Shown: piece by piece, positions 47,101-57,700 of the stretch
How positions within the stretch are numbered: position 1 is the stretch's first letter
Layout of the letters: each line of letters opens with the position of its first letter
NCBI RefSeq assembly: GCF_037042905.1
Contig: NC_087247.1
Span: 25,048,001-25,112,000 of the forward strand
From: Lytechinus pictus
Taxonomy: Eukaryota
Direction of reading: 5' to 3'
Length of the DNA stretch: 64,000 nt
Translations under genes and position numbers: made by a program
The notes under the pieces: generated by a model
What the model saw: the letters and a program-made list of their open reading frames with translations, nothing else
Databases searched by the model: none
What the model was told of the DNA's origin: nothing

Positions 47101-47635
47101 GACTAAACCAGTAGGAAACTTTCTATTCATTTTGTCAAGGCAAATTAGGGGAGTTTGTCAATTGTCAGGCTTTTGTAAAATGTTGAGAGAATATTTCAAT
47201 TTGAAGTACATTGTAATTGGTCAGGGGATTTCAATGGTAAAGACAGGTGGAGAAACACAAGCAAGCATGAAGAGAGATGCAAAAGGCTACAGACTATTAA
47301 ATTCTATGTTTATAATAATTGGAAGGAAATGTTTACTAAAAGTATGATTAGTCATGCAGTTGCACTTTCCTTTTCCCATCAGAGAATGGTGAGAAAATGA
47401 GATACACTGAATTTAAGAGTGTTTATATTTATTGTTTAAAGTGGAAGAAATTTGCTTCAGCATTATTATGACCCCCAAATATGATCACCCTCAAGTTATA
47501 TCCTAAATGACGTAGATTTATTCAAAGAGGTTGCCATGGAAACAAGAATGGAAATTATGTTTGTTTTCTGAAAAGCGATTTAAAATAGAATTGTCATCTT
47601 ACCTTGCATACTCTAGCAACTCTTGAGTAGATGAT
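102..47635 (-). CDS. Sema5: Semaphorin-5 (class 5 semaphorin: Sema + PSI + TSP1 repeats), partial spliced CDS of 17 exons: 47603-47635, 42757-42865, 41327-41384, 40883-41012, 29809-29951, 17753-17823, 17213-17292, 14937-14984, 10375-10451, 9308-9382, 6404-6465, 5931(or 5877)-6089, 4375-4521, 3697-3891, 1976-2137, 1017-1205, 102-323. The gene is open at both window ends
   Basis: Manual splicing: every exon is bounded by AG/GT on the minus strand, phases chain without frameshift or stop, total 1960 nt. The translation contains Sema motifs (SRVARVCKSDNGG, WTTFRKARLNCSIPG, GSAVCAF), a PSI motif (CLNARDPYCGW) and WxxWxxW/C TSP1 repeats. Sema+PSI+TSP1 architecture defines class 5 semaphorins. Confidence 0.95.
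1017..1205 (-). CDS. Sema5: Sema5 exon, TSP1 repeat (189 nt, phase 1-1): (V)NGGWACWGEWSECSASCGKGIKQRYRECTHPLPLNDGMECTGSNMEEVPCDGVDCPKTDVFE
   Basis: TTGACAG acceptor, T|GTGAGT donor; WxCW extra Cys as in the penultimate vertebrate Sema5 TSR; in ORF 922..1227. Confidence 0.94.
1976..2137 (-). CDS. Sema5: Sema5 exon, TSP1 repeat (162 nt, phase 1-1): (E)SFGGWTMWSPWLPCSSSCGQGVQVRHRACFPDNADCNGQYYEKRDCLTYVPCP
   Basis: Long pyrimidine tract + CATCAG acceptor, CAG|GTAAT donor; canonical 6-Cys TSR; in ORF 1893..2225. Confidence 0.94.
3697..3891 (-). CDS. Sema5: Sema5 exon, atypical TSP1-like repeat (195 nt, phase 1-1): (E)VRRPTDWTPWLVHNVSEDGLLMQRFKYICRAQVPARDMVSVGRMKGQFKFCPFSSTNKRCWGDS
   Basis: TTACAG acceptor, G|GTAAGT donor; WTPW...QRF.Y.C.A........VGR.....C pattern of the degenerate TSR4 that is diagnostic of Sema5. 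Confidence 0.93.
4375..4521 (-). CDS. Sema5: Sema5 exon, TSP1 repeat (147 nt, phase 1-1): (G)FWGEWSLWTECSALCNGGIQSRVRDCVNGQACIGDSTQTRECNKQACS
   Basis: TTGTTAG acceptor, CAG|GTGAG donor; WxxWxxW, C.GGIQ.R.R.C.NG..C pattern like vertebrate Sema5 TSR3. Not in the ORF track in this frame. Confidence 0.94.
5931..6089 (-). CDS. Sema5: Sema5 exon, first TSP1 repeat (159 nt, phase 1-1): (V)DGKFGEWSNWTQCSDPLGLEACMCRYRDCDSPAPKCGGTTCIGEYQQVVNCT; may extend to 5877 via a second donor
   Basis: CCTCAG acceptor; donor CAG|GTAGAC after 5931 or CAG|GTACTT after 5877, both phase 1; CxCRxRxCDSPAP.CGG is characteristic of Sema5 TSR1. Confidence 0.93.
6404..6465 (-). CDS. Sema5: Sema5 exon (62 nt, phase 2-1): PLEVEVWIQDITGCPIMDNT; end of PSI
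   Basis: CCCCCCTGTAG acceptor, CAG|GTAGG donor; W.QDI..CP motif closes the PSI domain. Confidence 0.92.
6657..6723 (+). mobile_element. 67-bp insertion flanked by a 12-bp target-site duplication; probable Penelope-like-element/retrozyme remnant
   Basis: Perfect direct repeat ATACAGATAATA at 6645-6656 and 6724-6735. The insert is more GC/CpG-rich than its flanks and contains a hammerhead-like core. Confidence 0.7.
6668..6706 (+). ncRNA. Minimal type I hammerhead-ribozyme-like motif (variant core CCGACGA...GAAA)
   Basis: GCCT(stem I, 6668-71) CCGACGA(6672-78) A GATTCT-GCT-AGGATC(stem II, 6680-94) GAAA(6695-98) GC TT AGGC(stem I', 6703-06). Stem III is reduced to the palindrome AGCT. The core differs from canonical CUGANGA at U4. 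Confidence 0.55.
9308..9382 (-). CDS. Sema5: Sema5 exon (75 nt, phase 2-2): ECLNARDPYCGWHQLRLECTTYPE(D); PSI domain
   Basis: TTCAACAG acceptor, GA|GTAAGT donor; C..ARDPYCGW......C PSI signature. Confidence 0.95.
10375..10451 (-). CDS. Sema5: Sema5 exon (77 nt, phase 0-2): NALYVGLPEAIVKVPVERCHQFTTQ(T); end of Sema domain / start of PSI
   Basis: TTTTATCCAG acceptor, AC|GTAAG donor; LYVG....VKVP..RC motif. Confidence 0.93.
11128..11183. repeat. Interrupted (TA)n microsatellite
   Basis: TATATATATA runs interrupted by GACATATATTTATT. Confidence 0.9.
14937..14984 (-). CDS. Sema5: Sema5 exon (48 nt, phase 0-0): MHKCDPLRTLKISKKK
   Basis: TTTCCTCAG acceptor, AAG|GTAAG donor; supplies the expected P.R.L.I strand between EE..V.P and LYVG. 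Confidence 0.85.
15120..15300 (+). repeat. GA-rich polypurine tract
   Basis: (GA)n/GAAA-rich run; source of spurious ORFs 15060..15326 and 15127..15330. Confidence 0.85.
17213..17292 (-). CDS. Sema5: Sema5 exon (80 nt, phase 1-0): (E)DGKIKKLVNLDGLDNACIVEELCVTP
   Basis: TTTTTTCAG acceptor, CCT|GTAAGT donor; GT-xxG.IKK...C..EE motif; part of ORF 17117..17341. Confidence 0.92.
17753..17823 (-). CDS. Sema5: Sema5 exon (71 nt, phase 2-1): LDRIVVDTVQGRDKVYNVIFVGT
   Basis: TTTTCAG acceptor, G|GTAAG donor; I.VD.V.G......V.F.GT Sema motif. Confidence 0.93.
21880..22005 (+). repeat. GA-rich polypurine tract
   Basis: GAGAGAGAGAATGAGGGAGAAAAGAG... low complexity. Confidence 0.85.
23236..23409. repeat. 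46-bp direct repeat, two copies (23236-23281, 23364-23409), 3 mismatches
   Basis: AAGACAAATATCA(A/G)TCTATTT(T/C)AGATAT(T/C)AAACAACTCGTGGCAAC read directly in both positions. Confidence 0.9.
24245..24714. mobile_element. Non-autonomous DNA transposon (MITE), 470 bp, 22-bp TIRs; possibly PIF/Harbinger-related
   Basis: Left AGGTGGTTTCAAACCGCCTCGA versus reverse complement of right end AGGTGGTTTCAGACCGCCTCGA (1 mismatch); AGA on both flanks (possible 3-bp TSD, but inside an (AG)n tract); CpG-rich interior with no ORF; internal copies of the TIR motif. Confidence 0.88.
24894..25135. repeat. Diverged tandem duplication, period about 135-137 bp
   Basis: TTCTATGAAAATC at 24894 and 25031; CATGACAACAGCTGG.TA.ACAATAGT at 24967 and 25102. 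Confidence 0.75.
29809..29951 (-). CDS. Sema5: Sema5 exon (143 nt, phase 0-2): GCSEVQSSLIRPGQIDRYLVDAQRYQLMYKSVEPVSGRPLFVQGKTK(R)
   Basis: TTTTGCAG acceptor, AAG|GTAGG donor; L.DAQ...LM...V.P....PL pattern typical of Sema5; phase-compatible on both sides. Confidence 0.92.
31568..31612. repeat. Imperfect (GT)n / GGGGGT repeat
   Basis: GTGGGTGTGTGGGGGTGCGTGTGTGGGGGTGTGTGTGTTTGTG. Confidence 0.8.
40320..40861 (+). repeat. Long GA-rich polypurine low-complexity tract
   Basis: About 540 bp strongly dominated by A/G, ending in A12 just before the donor of exon 40883-41012; produces the spurious F/L/S/P-rich ORFs 40354..40605 and 40487..40783. Confidence 0.9.
40883..41012 (-). CDS. Sema5: Sema5 exon (130 nt, phase 2-0): NSIHGSAVCAFTLEAINEAFSGPFTFQPNAASAWITKPNSSPE
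   Basis: TATAG acceptor, GAG|GTAAG donor; NSIxGSAVCAF...F.GPF..Q....SAW Sema motif. Confidence 0.95.
41327..41384 (-). CDS. Sema5: Sema5 exon (58 nt, phase 1-2): (E)STYYDNETGTIYTVFSTP(S)
   Basis: CTACAG acceptor, AG|GTAAG donor; phases bridge the flanking exons exactly; matches the Sema IYxVFxTP strand. Confidence 0.9.
42757..42865 (-). CDS. Sema5: Sema5 exon (109 nt, phase 0-1): SDNGGNFLLEENWTTFRKARLNCSIPGQIPFSFNEI
   Basis: TTCAG acceptor, G|GTATG donor; highly conserved Sema core WTTFxKARLNCSxPG; visible in ORF 42725..42997. Confidence 0.96.
43694..43865. other. Assembly gap (172 N) inside a GA-rich low-complexity tract
   Basis: N run flanked by purine-rich sequence. No Sema5 coding sequence is needed here because exons 47603-47635 and 42757-42865 join as VCK-SDNGG. 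Confidence 0.98.
44141..44320. mobile_element. Degenerate short TIR-type repeat with AACCCT-like internal repeats
   Basis: CACAACATTTGCTCC (44141-44155) is an imperfect inverted match to GAAGCAAGTGTTGCA (44306-44320); the interior has several AACCC/ACCCT units. Confidence 0.4.
47603..47635 (-). CDS. Sema5: Sema5 exon (33-nt micro-exon, phase 0-0): IIYSRVARVCK
   Basis: Pyrimidine tract + TTCAG acceptor, AAG|GTAAG donor; the classic semaphorin SRVARVCK motif; joins in frame to SDNGG. Confidence 0.93.
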
Positions 47636-50600
47636 CTGAAGAAAAGAAAAAAAGAGAAACGTTAATTTCTTATTTTGTTTGTGCCATACACGCAAATTGC
47701 AAAGCATTAAAAAATAAATGCATAATTTTAATATTATTATACATTATACATGTATATTACGTGTAAAATACATTACACCGGGAAGCATCATATTTTACAT
47801 GACTTTCAAAACATGAACTTTCCATGGATATGAGTCTTTTACATAAGACTTATTTCTGATGTCATCAAACTATCAAAAGTGCAGTGAAATGGAACACCGA
47901 GGCACATTTTTTTTCATCTCATCATCCAAACCGATGTAACCTCAATGTGCGTAAAGCCCGTCTTCCCACAATCCTCTAGTACAACTCTTGTGGTTAATGA
48001 CGAGGAAACAATGCATCATCACCTAACGTGCAGACTTGGCAGTTGCTTCTTTTAATCTGCATTCATGGAACCGAATTCAATAAATATTATAGTAAATTAT
48101 CATGGGCTTTATACTGCATGACATTATAGGATTATATATTTGAGGTCATGATACATCACTTAATAATCAATTAGAGTATTCTCCATAGTTGTCATGTTTT
48201 GTAGTATAAGGTCAACATTCGATCTTACTGGAGAATAAACTGACGGTGAAAATTCACACAAGACAGTAAGACACTTACAATGTGTGTACATTGTTATACA
48301 AATACGCAGTATCATTTTTTATAACCATAATGCATTCATTAATGATTATTTTTATTTTGTCAGATAATCTGCAATTGGTGATATGCATATTTGGATGGTG
48401 CAGGGATTTTATGCAAAATGAACACAAGAAAACAATAAATTGGTTTACGACATGAGTTCTATCCAAAACGTATTTTGCTTTGGTGCAATTATATTTTCAT
48501 ATGCATTAAGCATAAAATCAGTTTTCCACAAATCTTGACGGTAGCATAAATTTTTTAACGACATAGTCAACATTTTACAATGTATGGCACAAGGATTTCA
48601 TGAATTAAGCATAAGAACCGGTCCGCGCATATCTTGATGGCAATGAAGAGGTTAATGACATTGGTAATATCTAATATGCGTACATGCCGCGCGACAAGGG
48701 ATTTGCTATTCCCAACTGATCCTCAGGTAAACCTCTCGTCTTCCTCTCATCTTTCCTCCCTTCTTTCCTTCTCTTCCTTCCTTTAGTATCACATTCCACC
48801 CTCCAATAATCCTGAACCTAAATAATCTAGAAATATCAATGAATGTCATTCATTTACACCAGTCCTATCACAACCGCTCTAAATCAGGAAATGGCAACAC
48901 CGTAATATGACGTAATCACTGCAATACAGTACTCAAGAAACCTTCGGAAAATGATTCTTGCATATCTTCACATCAAGAACAATGTGTGTGCCAAGTCTCA
49001 TTAACATTGGGTCAAACTTGAGGAGCATACATGTAGCTTGCTCCACAATTTAGACACAAGGCATCGTTCTTGTTTATTAAATCGCACGTCTGACAAATTG
49101 TCTGTTCAGTGCCAGATAGTATTTTTTTCAACATCGAGTTACAAGACTTTTTTGGGGGGAGAGGCTTTCAACACTAGGACAACATGCAAACACCCTAAAG
49201 GAACGGTATCATTTAGTGAAATCATACTGAAGAATTGCAAGTTCCTTTACAGGAATGACTTTTAATGATAGATGCTATGAAAGAGATGGATAGACAAGAT
49301 GGAAGTGAACATAATGAGAAAGTGTATCATGAAAGAAATGTCTGGTCTGATATATTTCATGCAAAGGGGATTATTAAGTATTTCTAATGTCTCTCGACTT
49401 GTTTGGTGAGAATCTGTGTGATTACACAAAATAAATAGCCCAATTTTGTGGCCTAATGACAAACCTTGTCTGTTCAAAGAGCCACACTTACATGAAGGGG
49501 ATTCCATTTTCAGCTCCAGAAGGCTTGAAAGCCAGCCACATAATGGAACATTACAATGACTTCCTATTCTAAATTACCTCTCTTTATTTACTTTTAATCT
49601 TATGATGATAGTTTACACCAAAAATGTTGTTTTTTAAGGGGTGTAATTACACAACATTAAATGGAATATTTATTCTAGCCAGCTATGTGATTTCTCAAAT
49701 GGTACTAATCCCTTTGACAGGCATGGGTAAGGTATACTATAAGAAAATGGCTGATAATAATCCTTTATAATGATGTGATGAAGACTTTCCAAGCAAAAAC
49801 AAACCTCCAACATATTTTCACAATGTCAGTGAAATGAAAGATTATGTTTAGCTTCTATCAATGCCATTTGAATATCAGAATATACTTTGAAGAAGTGCCC
49901 TTATCGTCCTTTTCTGACAAATTTGAAAAGCAGACATCATCCTCAGGAAAGATGATTTTAAACTTCATAGTTCAGGATGAGTACTTTACATGAGTTTCCT
50001 TACTGTTTGAAACAGTCTAGAAACAGGCACCCATCTAAGAACCAAAAGTTGGAATGTCCTACATTGTTGTTGTTTTCTTAAAAGTTATATATACAATACT
50101 ATTCATCGTTGAATCCATTATTGGGGTTCTGATTATTCCCCTTGTTCTTAATAATTCTCTGTAATCATGATCAGTGTCTGGTAGGGGTAGAAAAAATCTG
50201 GTCCCAATCTTGAAGCAGACTCCCTGAGGTAAACCTAATCAAGAGCCACATCATAATTGATTCATCTATCTACACCACTGACCATCGAATAACGAGGGGG
50301 GGGGTTCAAAGGTCACTACAGGTCAAGGGTCAATTGAAGGATAGTTGAATGAGGGCATTGCAACCCAAAGTCTAATCAAGTCTTTCCCATTCTAATATAC
50401 ATATCCTACATAATATGTCTGTCTGTCCTTCTCTCTGTCTCTCTTTTGCTCTCTCCTACTCTATTCTCCTTTCCCCCTATCTTCTTTGCCCCCTCTCCGT
50501 TCTTGCTGTTCAGCTCACTGATTTGCTTGACCCCTCTCAGCAGCTGGACAATGGTGCCAGGCAAACAAGCATGCATCTCTTGGGGACCTGCTGCCTAATT

Positions 50601-51550
50601 GCAAAAGGTACACAATTTATACCAATTTCACAGTTGCTATAATGGACAAGGGTTGACCATCAGATAAGAGCTCCCTTTTTGAGAGAGAGATATTTCATCA
50701 AGAAAGCTCAAAACAAGACCTAGTTCTAATCCCCTAAAGAAGGGTTTTTGTGGTCAAGGTGGTAGTGGTTTGAGGTTTGCTAGAGGCACTTCCTTGCTTG
50801 GACATGATGAAAGAAATCAAACTATTCACCCAAGTTCAATATGTGTTCTTAACATTAAGGCACTCTTTTAATCTCCGGGCAAGATAACAGAATTATTTTA
50901 TCCATCACTTTGGTCAGATTCTTTCACTCCTGGTTCTCCCCTTGCATCTTCATATGATGCTAATATAGATATAGCTAGCAATGACATTGTTTGTTTATTT
51001 GAGCGACTCTGACAAGTACTTTTGGTCTGTTAAACTTTAACCTCTTCTTTGCCTGAAGCTCAAGTCGGAGCACCCATTTCCAAGTTTATTTTGGCCGAGA
51101 ATCCTGAATAAACACACTGAGTGGATGTAGTCGGCATATTTAGCCTGATATTGGTTGATTTTATCAGTCAGCCAGAAAAATATTGCTTTGCCAGTTCTGA
51201 CCGGAACTTCACTGACCCCCTGATCTGGGCTCCTATTCTCATCAAAATTAGAAGTTATTAGTTGCTACGACTGGAGCTGTCACAGCTTAATCCAGGATGA
51301 ATCTTTTTCTGAATGTGTGTGGTTAATTTTCATATTTATCAGTTTATCTTCTATTAACCAATTTGAATATTGAGTGAAGCATATACCATTAGCCATATCC
51401 AAATTGAGAACCGTTATCTGATGTAGATGTGGAACAATTACATTTTCTTATCTCACATTTTATTTTCAATAATCATACGGAACATATACTTGATTGAGCA
51501 AATTTATCAATTTTGGATATCAGAGCTACCTGCCAACTTTATACAAGTCC

Positions 51551-51745
51551 GAAATATTTCAATATGTGAATGCAAGCCAAAAAAATGATAATATTAGTCT
51601 GATTCTTATTTTGATTAATCTCATTTCACAAAGTGGGCAACTTTTTTTAAAAATCTGAAATATTATAATATGTGAATGCAAGCAAAAAGTGATGATCTTA
51701 TCCTGATTCTTACTTTATATTAATCTCATTTCAAAAAGTGGGCAA
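51551..51745. repeat. Diverged tandem duplication, about 90-bp unit, period about 106 bp
   Basis: AATATGTGAATGCAAGC...CTGATTCTTA...ATTAATCTCATTTCA.AAAGTGGGCAA occurs at 51551-51640 and 51657-51745. Confidence 0.88.
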
Positions 51746-54700
51746 TGAAATTGTTTATGAACTGTTTATGGTAGGGTTGGGGAATGGATGTCTATAAAGT
51801 TGAACAGCGTGAGAAATAAGATACAGTTTTTTAAAAGGGTGATGAATTATGATTATGAAGGACATAAGATTAACAGAAAATAATCGGTGAGATCAAGAAA
51901 TATGTAGTTATATTGTCTGACCCTGGTATGAAAATAAATAGTGTTGAGTCAATTGGTTCACATGGGGGATATGTGGTTGGAATAAGCTATCAAATATACA
52001 CATTAATATCAGACTATATCAGAAGTGATGGTGCTTGAGAAAGGGGTAACAGGTGCTTGATTGGTCCTCTCTTTGGTCAATGCCATAGCACCCTTCACTT
52101 CACCAGGAGGGGGTCCAATAATATTCAGGAAAGATCAGGGGCGGTCCTTAACCCAAGTGATGAAGGAATTCAATCTGTAATCTACTGAAAGTACAAACGA
52201 GGAAATAAAAAGTGTCCAATTTGCGATTGCATCAATTGAAGTGATGGCGGATATCAAGTGTTGGAGATACTGGTGATTTCTGAGAGCACAAAGTGTACTG
52301 GAGTATGGACCCTCCTTGACTGTACTCCACAAGAAATTTACAGGACTTCTTGACACCCTATGAATTCTCTACAGCAGATGTCAGTGAGACTGGTCATTGC
52401 TTAAGGCTAGAGTTTAAGTGACTTCTTTCAGATTAAAGGTAGAGTCTGTGGACTGACACAAAGGAAAACACACAAGGGTACTATTGAGACAACTTTAGGA
52501 CACTCCTTTATCAGGCCAACATTTGTACACAACTGGGCATACAAATTAGATTTTGAACGTTTTTAAGGTCACATGTCTATCTTTCACAAAGTTTTACTTC
52601 AGATTTATCCCAAGCGATTTTGAAGAAATTCTTTGAGAACATTTAAATTACTCTCTATTGTCCTTGCACTGATTCCCCAACATGATAAATGACTTGTTTT
52701 TATACTGTTCAATAATACACCTTTAATTTTCCATGTAGCAAAAATAAATCAGTTCAAATTAGTTCTAATTAGAAGTTCCCAATTTAAAAAAAAGGGGCAT
52801 TTCAATGTGAATAAATGTGAATTTGCTGCTTGCTGTATAGGACCAAACTAACCATTTGGTCAAACTTTTCACTTTAAGCATGCGGTCAGTTGCAATCGGA
52901 TGATGGCCTACTGTGAAGATGAAATCATATCTCGTGCAAATATCTGATGGTTCTAATAATAATCCAATTTTAGTCATAACAAGCCTATCCCTGGGGTGTC
53001 CCATACCTGAAACTGTTGCAAGTTTTATTGTTCCGACACTATGAAGGAACTAAAGTGTGTCTGCAAGTCTTCATCCAGGCTTTACATACAAATTATTAGA
53101 TCATCACAGAATTGCCACAGTATTACTTCATAATGCATTATAAATAAAAGACTTGATTCTTTTTCAATCAAATCTCAGTTTTAAGAAGAAGGAACTTGCT
53201 CCTTGAATTTTGACATGGTTTAAGATATTTGCTATATTTAATAATAAACATTAGACAAATAGTATTCTAATGAAGTATACAAAGAGTTTTATCTAGTAAT
53301 GAAAATAGTAAATCAATTTCAGATGATTTTTAGGTGAAATGATACATTCCAGAATATATCATTTAAAATAAAGTTTATCACTTTTCATACCTCTATGTTT
53401 CTTTAGAAAAATACACTTTGAAAAAGACTATAATGTTTAATATTAGATGTTGTTTAAAATTGAATCTTGTTCAAGGAAACCTACAACTCAATGGATTCAA
53501 GGCTAAGGGTGGTCCGAAAAGTTTCCAAATTGTATATGTTTTCAATTAATCAATTACAGAATAAATTGATTAATCATGAAACAAACTTATTACCTCACCA
53601 CAGGGTAGCCAGAGTTGAAACAGTTGCAAATTACTGAGATTACAAAGAATCTCATGTTGTGAGAACGGACAGCTTCTAATAAAAGGCAACGGTGAGCCCA
53701 GTTGGAAAGGTGATAGATAGACAAATTTCTTCAAGCCCTGCTTTTGAAACTGTTGCAAAAAAAATTGTGGGATAACAGGAAGGAGTATATAAAAGCCTCA
53801 TACAATGTGGCTACATTGATTGTGATTATAGCTAGCATCTCGGAACAGCATGGCCGGTGATATCTGACACGGAAATCGATGTCCTACGATGAAACCGCTC
53901 AAAATTGTTTCGAGGAAAAGCGAGGTGTACCACGACGCGTCCAGGTTGAGCCTTCTCATCGATCACAGCTCTCTCTCTCTGTATACAATGCATGCCGTCA
54001 AAAAGTATAAATTACCCATAATTTATGAATTATTTCATGGAAGACAAGCCCTGCACAATGGAATAAGTGCCAATAATTAGATGAAAAGATGTGACTGGGA
54101 ATAATTACGCTTGGTAAAGATGCTTAAGTGGAATGAATTCTGTTTGGAAACCTCTTCAGAGTTTTGTTAAAAGCGTCTAGGATTTCTGAAATTCGATTAA
54201 TAACAAGCTGTGAGCAAAATATCTGAGAAAAAAACCAAGCTCTGATGGAGAGTGAGAGACAAAATGAAAGGACTAATCATCACCAAAAACAAAAGTAATG
54301 CCCATTCTTCAAGCAAAAACATTGTGCAATTGATTTTTCTCTTTGAAAATAATTTCCCTCTTCAAAACATACTTTAACAGAAAAAAAAAATTTGTGGAAA
54401 GTAAATTGTAAAATTGCAAATTTGATAAAAGAGAGAAGCTCAGGTTTCTATCATGTAATCAAATTTGTATCTTCTCCGGACATGAAGAGTAATTTCAATT
54501 TGTATTTAATGAAGTTTCAACAAAATAACTCAATAACACATACTTGATTTAGACATTGAAAACCATGGATCAATATTGCTTCAAGATATATATCATTTAA
54601 TCTCACATTTGGGTATAGCATAATACAAAGGGATTTTCTTTTTGCTTTTTGAACCATAACCAGAATAATAACATTGCTTTCAATTATACTATAGATAATT

Positions 54701-57700
54701 TCATCTTAATCTATGGAAGCAGGAAATTCAAAACCTCCACATCAGTCCTAAAACATAAAGCTACATTGTGCTTCTTTAACTAACTCAATTTAATTGAATT
54801 TTGATTAAATTATAACTTTCTTCTCCAAGTAACATTGGGAACCTATTGAATAATTAAACCGAAGGCCTAACTCAACTCATATATCTGTGGAAACGTATGG
54901 TTAGGAACAACTGGAAAACAATTGCAATGAAATCCAACTCCTAATAATTCTTTAGTTACAAAAGTTTTCTTCTATAACTGATAACTAAATAATGAATACA
55001 GCTATCAGTTCTCGAATGAAGAAACCTCAAAGCTAGCTAATGGCTCTAGCACCCCCCTTCCTCCTCCTCCTCTGTCAGAATTTTATAGAAACTAAATAGA
55101 TGTCCATGCAATGTAAACCCTCTGGGTGTTTTCAAAAAGTATTCAGTGATCAGTAACAGAGTATTGAATTAAAACTATTTAAGTGAAAACCCATAACACT
55201 TTGGCCCTTTACTTTCTTCATTTAAGCCATGATTTAAGGAATATATAACAAAGAACACTTCTTCAGGAAATATGAATTCTCCAGGGGTTTATGGCTCAAA
55301 GAATATCTGGTTTAGACAATTATGACAGGTTTTTTTGTAATGAAAGCTTGGGAAGAATGAGAGAATAGATTGTTTGGATTGGAAGAAGAATTATATATTC
55401 CAGACATTGAGTGAAAGAAAGCATGTAAACATGAATTACCCTAGGGATTGAACATTCATCATTTTATTCCATAAAATAAAGCTTATGTTTTGCAACAAAA
55501 AGAAGATGCACAATAGAATGGGATTCAAGCAGGATGTTTTTCTTAAAAATTGAATGGTTGAAAAAGTCTAATAATCTCCAGTTCAGGAAGGTAATCATAT
55601 TTGTAGGTAACCAAACAATGTTTTCTGCAAAATAGCTCCAGGACTGAATGTATGGAAGTAAAAAGATCTCAGCGTTTCACAGTGGACAGTACCGGCCACC
55701 CTGTTCCACCTTTCCGTTGGTCTGGTTACTACTTGTTGCATTTTAAGGTTTCCATTGGAAGAGCAGAAATGGCCAAAACAAAGAAGAAAGTCACGCATAA
55801 ACTATCTATTTCTCCGTAGTCCTAAGATTCATGGGCGAAAGATGCAAAGAGAAAAACAGATACTCGATGGGCCTTGCAAAAACTCATGCTGTATGAAAAA
55901 GTTGGCAGCTATGGGAACAGAGATGCACTGCATATTTTGGCAGTGCCACACGCGATAGTGGGCTAATATCTTTAACTATAAATGTAAAGAAAAAAAGATG
56001 CAAAAGGAGATTGAGAGGTCGAACATGACATTTTGGATTACACAGCAAGCTAAACAGGAAATATATTTTAATCTAATCACAGGCAAAGTCATTGTCAATT
56101 CAAGGACTTGTCGCCAACATTTCCCACGTAATGAAGAATCCACCACAGAATGATCATAATATTGACAACATGCCAACCACAGCTAATAAACAAGCACAAC
56201 ATCAACGATAATTGAATATGTTAGAATATTACCATTCACACATGACCCCCTTGATGATTTAATTCCATATTTTACAAGTCTCGCAAATACATTACATACT
56301 ACAGCAGAACCATAACAAAACCAGAAAACTTTCCATCCAAAGAAGAGTTTTGTTTACCATGCCAACATAAAATAATTGGCATTTTATTGCCAGCTTTTAG
56401 GAAGAATATCAAACTGTGGATGTCCTCTATCATATTGAAAACGAATATCTCTATAATCTCTCTGACTGAATACTATAAACCCTCAGGGACAATCAAACAT
56501 TCAAGAAAAAGAGAAAATTTATCAAAAAGATTTGATATTTTTTGGCTAGACATCACCAATGAGAGCAATGACCCACTACATCATGAAGAATGTGAGTTGG
56601 CAAAGCAAGGCTTGGGTATTTTTCTGGCTCTAAAGTGTTTTCAGAGGTCTTCCAGTTTTATAAAGTTTTATCGAGTCTTTCAATTATCTAAGAAAACAAA
56701 AAATGCTTTTAAATGTTTAGGAAATGATGTAATTTGAAAAAACTAAGACACAGATAAAATTATCTTTCAATGTGTAAACAAAATTATCCCTAGTGAAAAT
56801 GGAAAAACACAAAAGCATTTATACCTTTTCATTAGCAATTCACGCCACAGTAAGGGTAAAAAATGGAATCTAAACTATAATACTGAAATGATACAAGTAG
56901 GAATCTGTCTGAAAAAGTGACCTAAAATACCCTTGTAAATAGAAATGTAGCAATACAAAATTATCAGTATTTAGAGGGTCATTTGAGTGATCTCCGACAG
57001 TATCAATTACAACTGAAATTCTCCAGGATCCCAACATGTAATTCCTTTCAACTCTCCCAGAGTACCAAGTGATCAGTAACCATGGCTACAACAAAGCTAG
57101 GTAAACAGGCAAACCAGATTGAAAAAAAATCCCGAAAGACAAATTGCTGGAGACACTACAAAGCCTTGGATGACCTCAGAAGATGTATCTTAAGATGGGG
57201 CAAACAAACCCATCTTTCATGGTCTGGGGTGAGATTGAATTCTTGCTGTAATCGCGGCTAGAATTCAGAGAATTTGCGGCAAATCCGTAAACCTGGGCAG
57301 CACCATGCTGACCTGCATGTGACTCTGCATTATAGAGCTAAATACCCTGCCAGCGCATTACTAAAATGATATCTTGATTTTATCACATGCAAAGAGACAT
57401 AGAATGGGGGGGGGGGGGGGTAGAGATCGGTAGAGATTACATTTTCAAAGAGATCTTCAATAAATTCCATGACAACATTACCTATCATGACAAGCCATAT
57501 CCAAATGACCGATCCATTTTGTATCTAAACATTGCATCACTCTTAACAATTCAAGTCCAAGTACATCACCCATATCATTTTGTCCTTTCTCCAGGAAAGT
57601 CTTGACCCGTTGAATACCATTCCAGCCAGAGTAAAATTTTAGAAAAGCTAGTTTACAGTCACATTGCATTCAAGCTACTACCAAGACAGGACAATATATC

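Noticed and set aside
53593-53640. Minus-strand ...LWLPCGE|GTAAT as a candidate for the exon ending ...CGK upstream of IIYSRVARVCK
   Set aside because: No FFFRE/AVE-like sequence precedes it; chance match.
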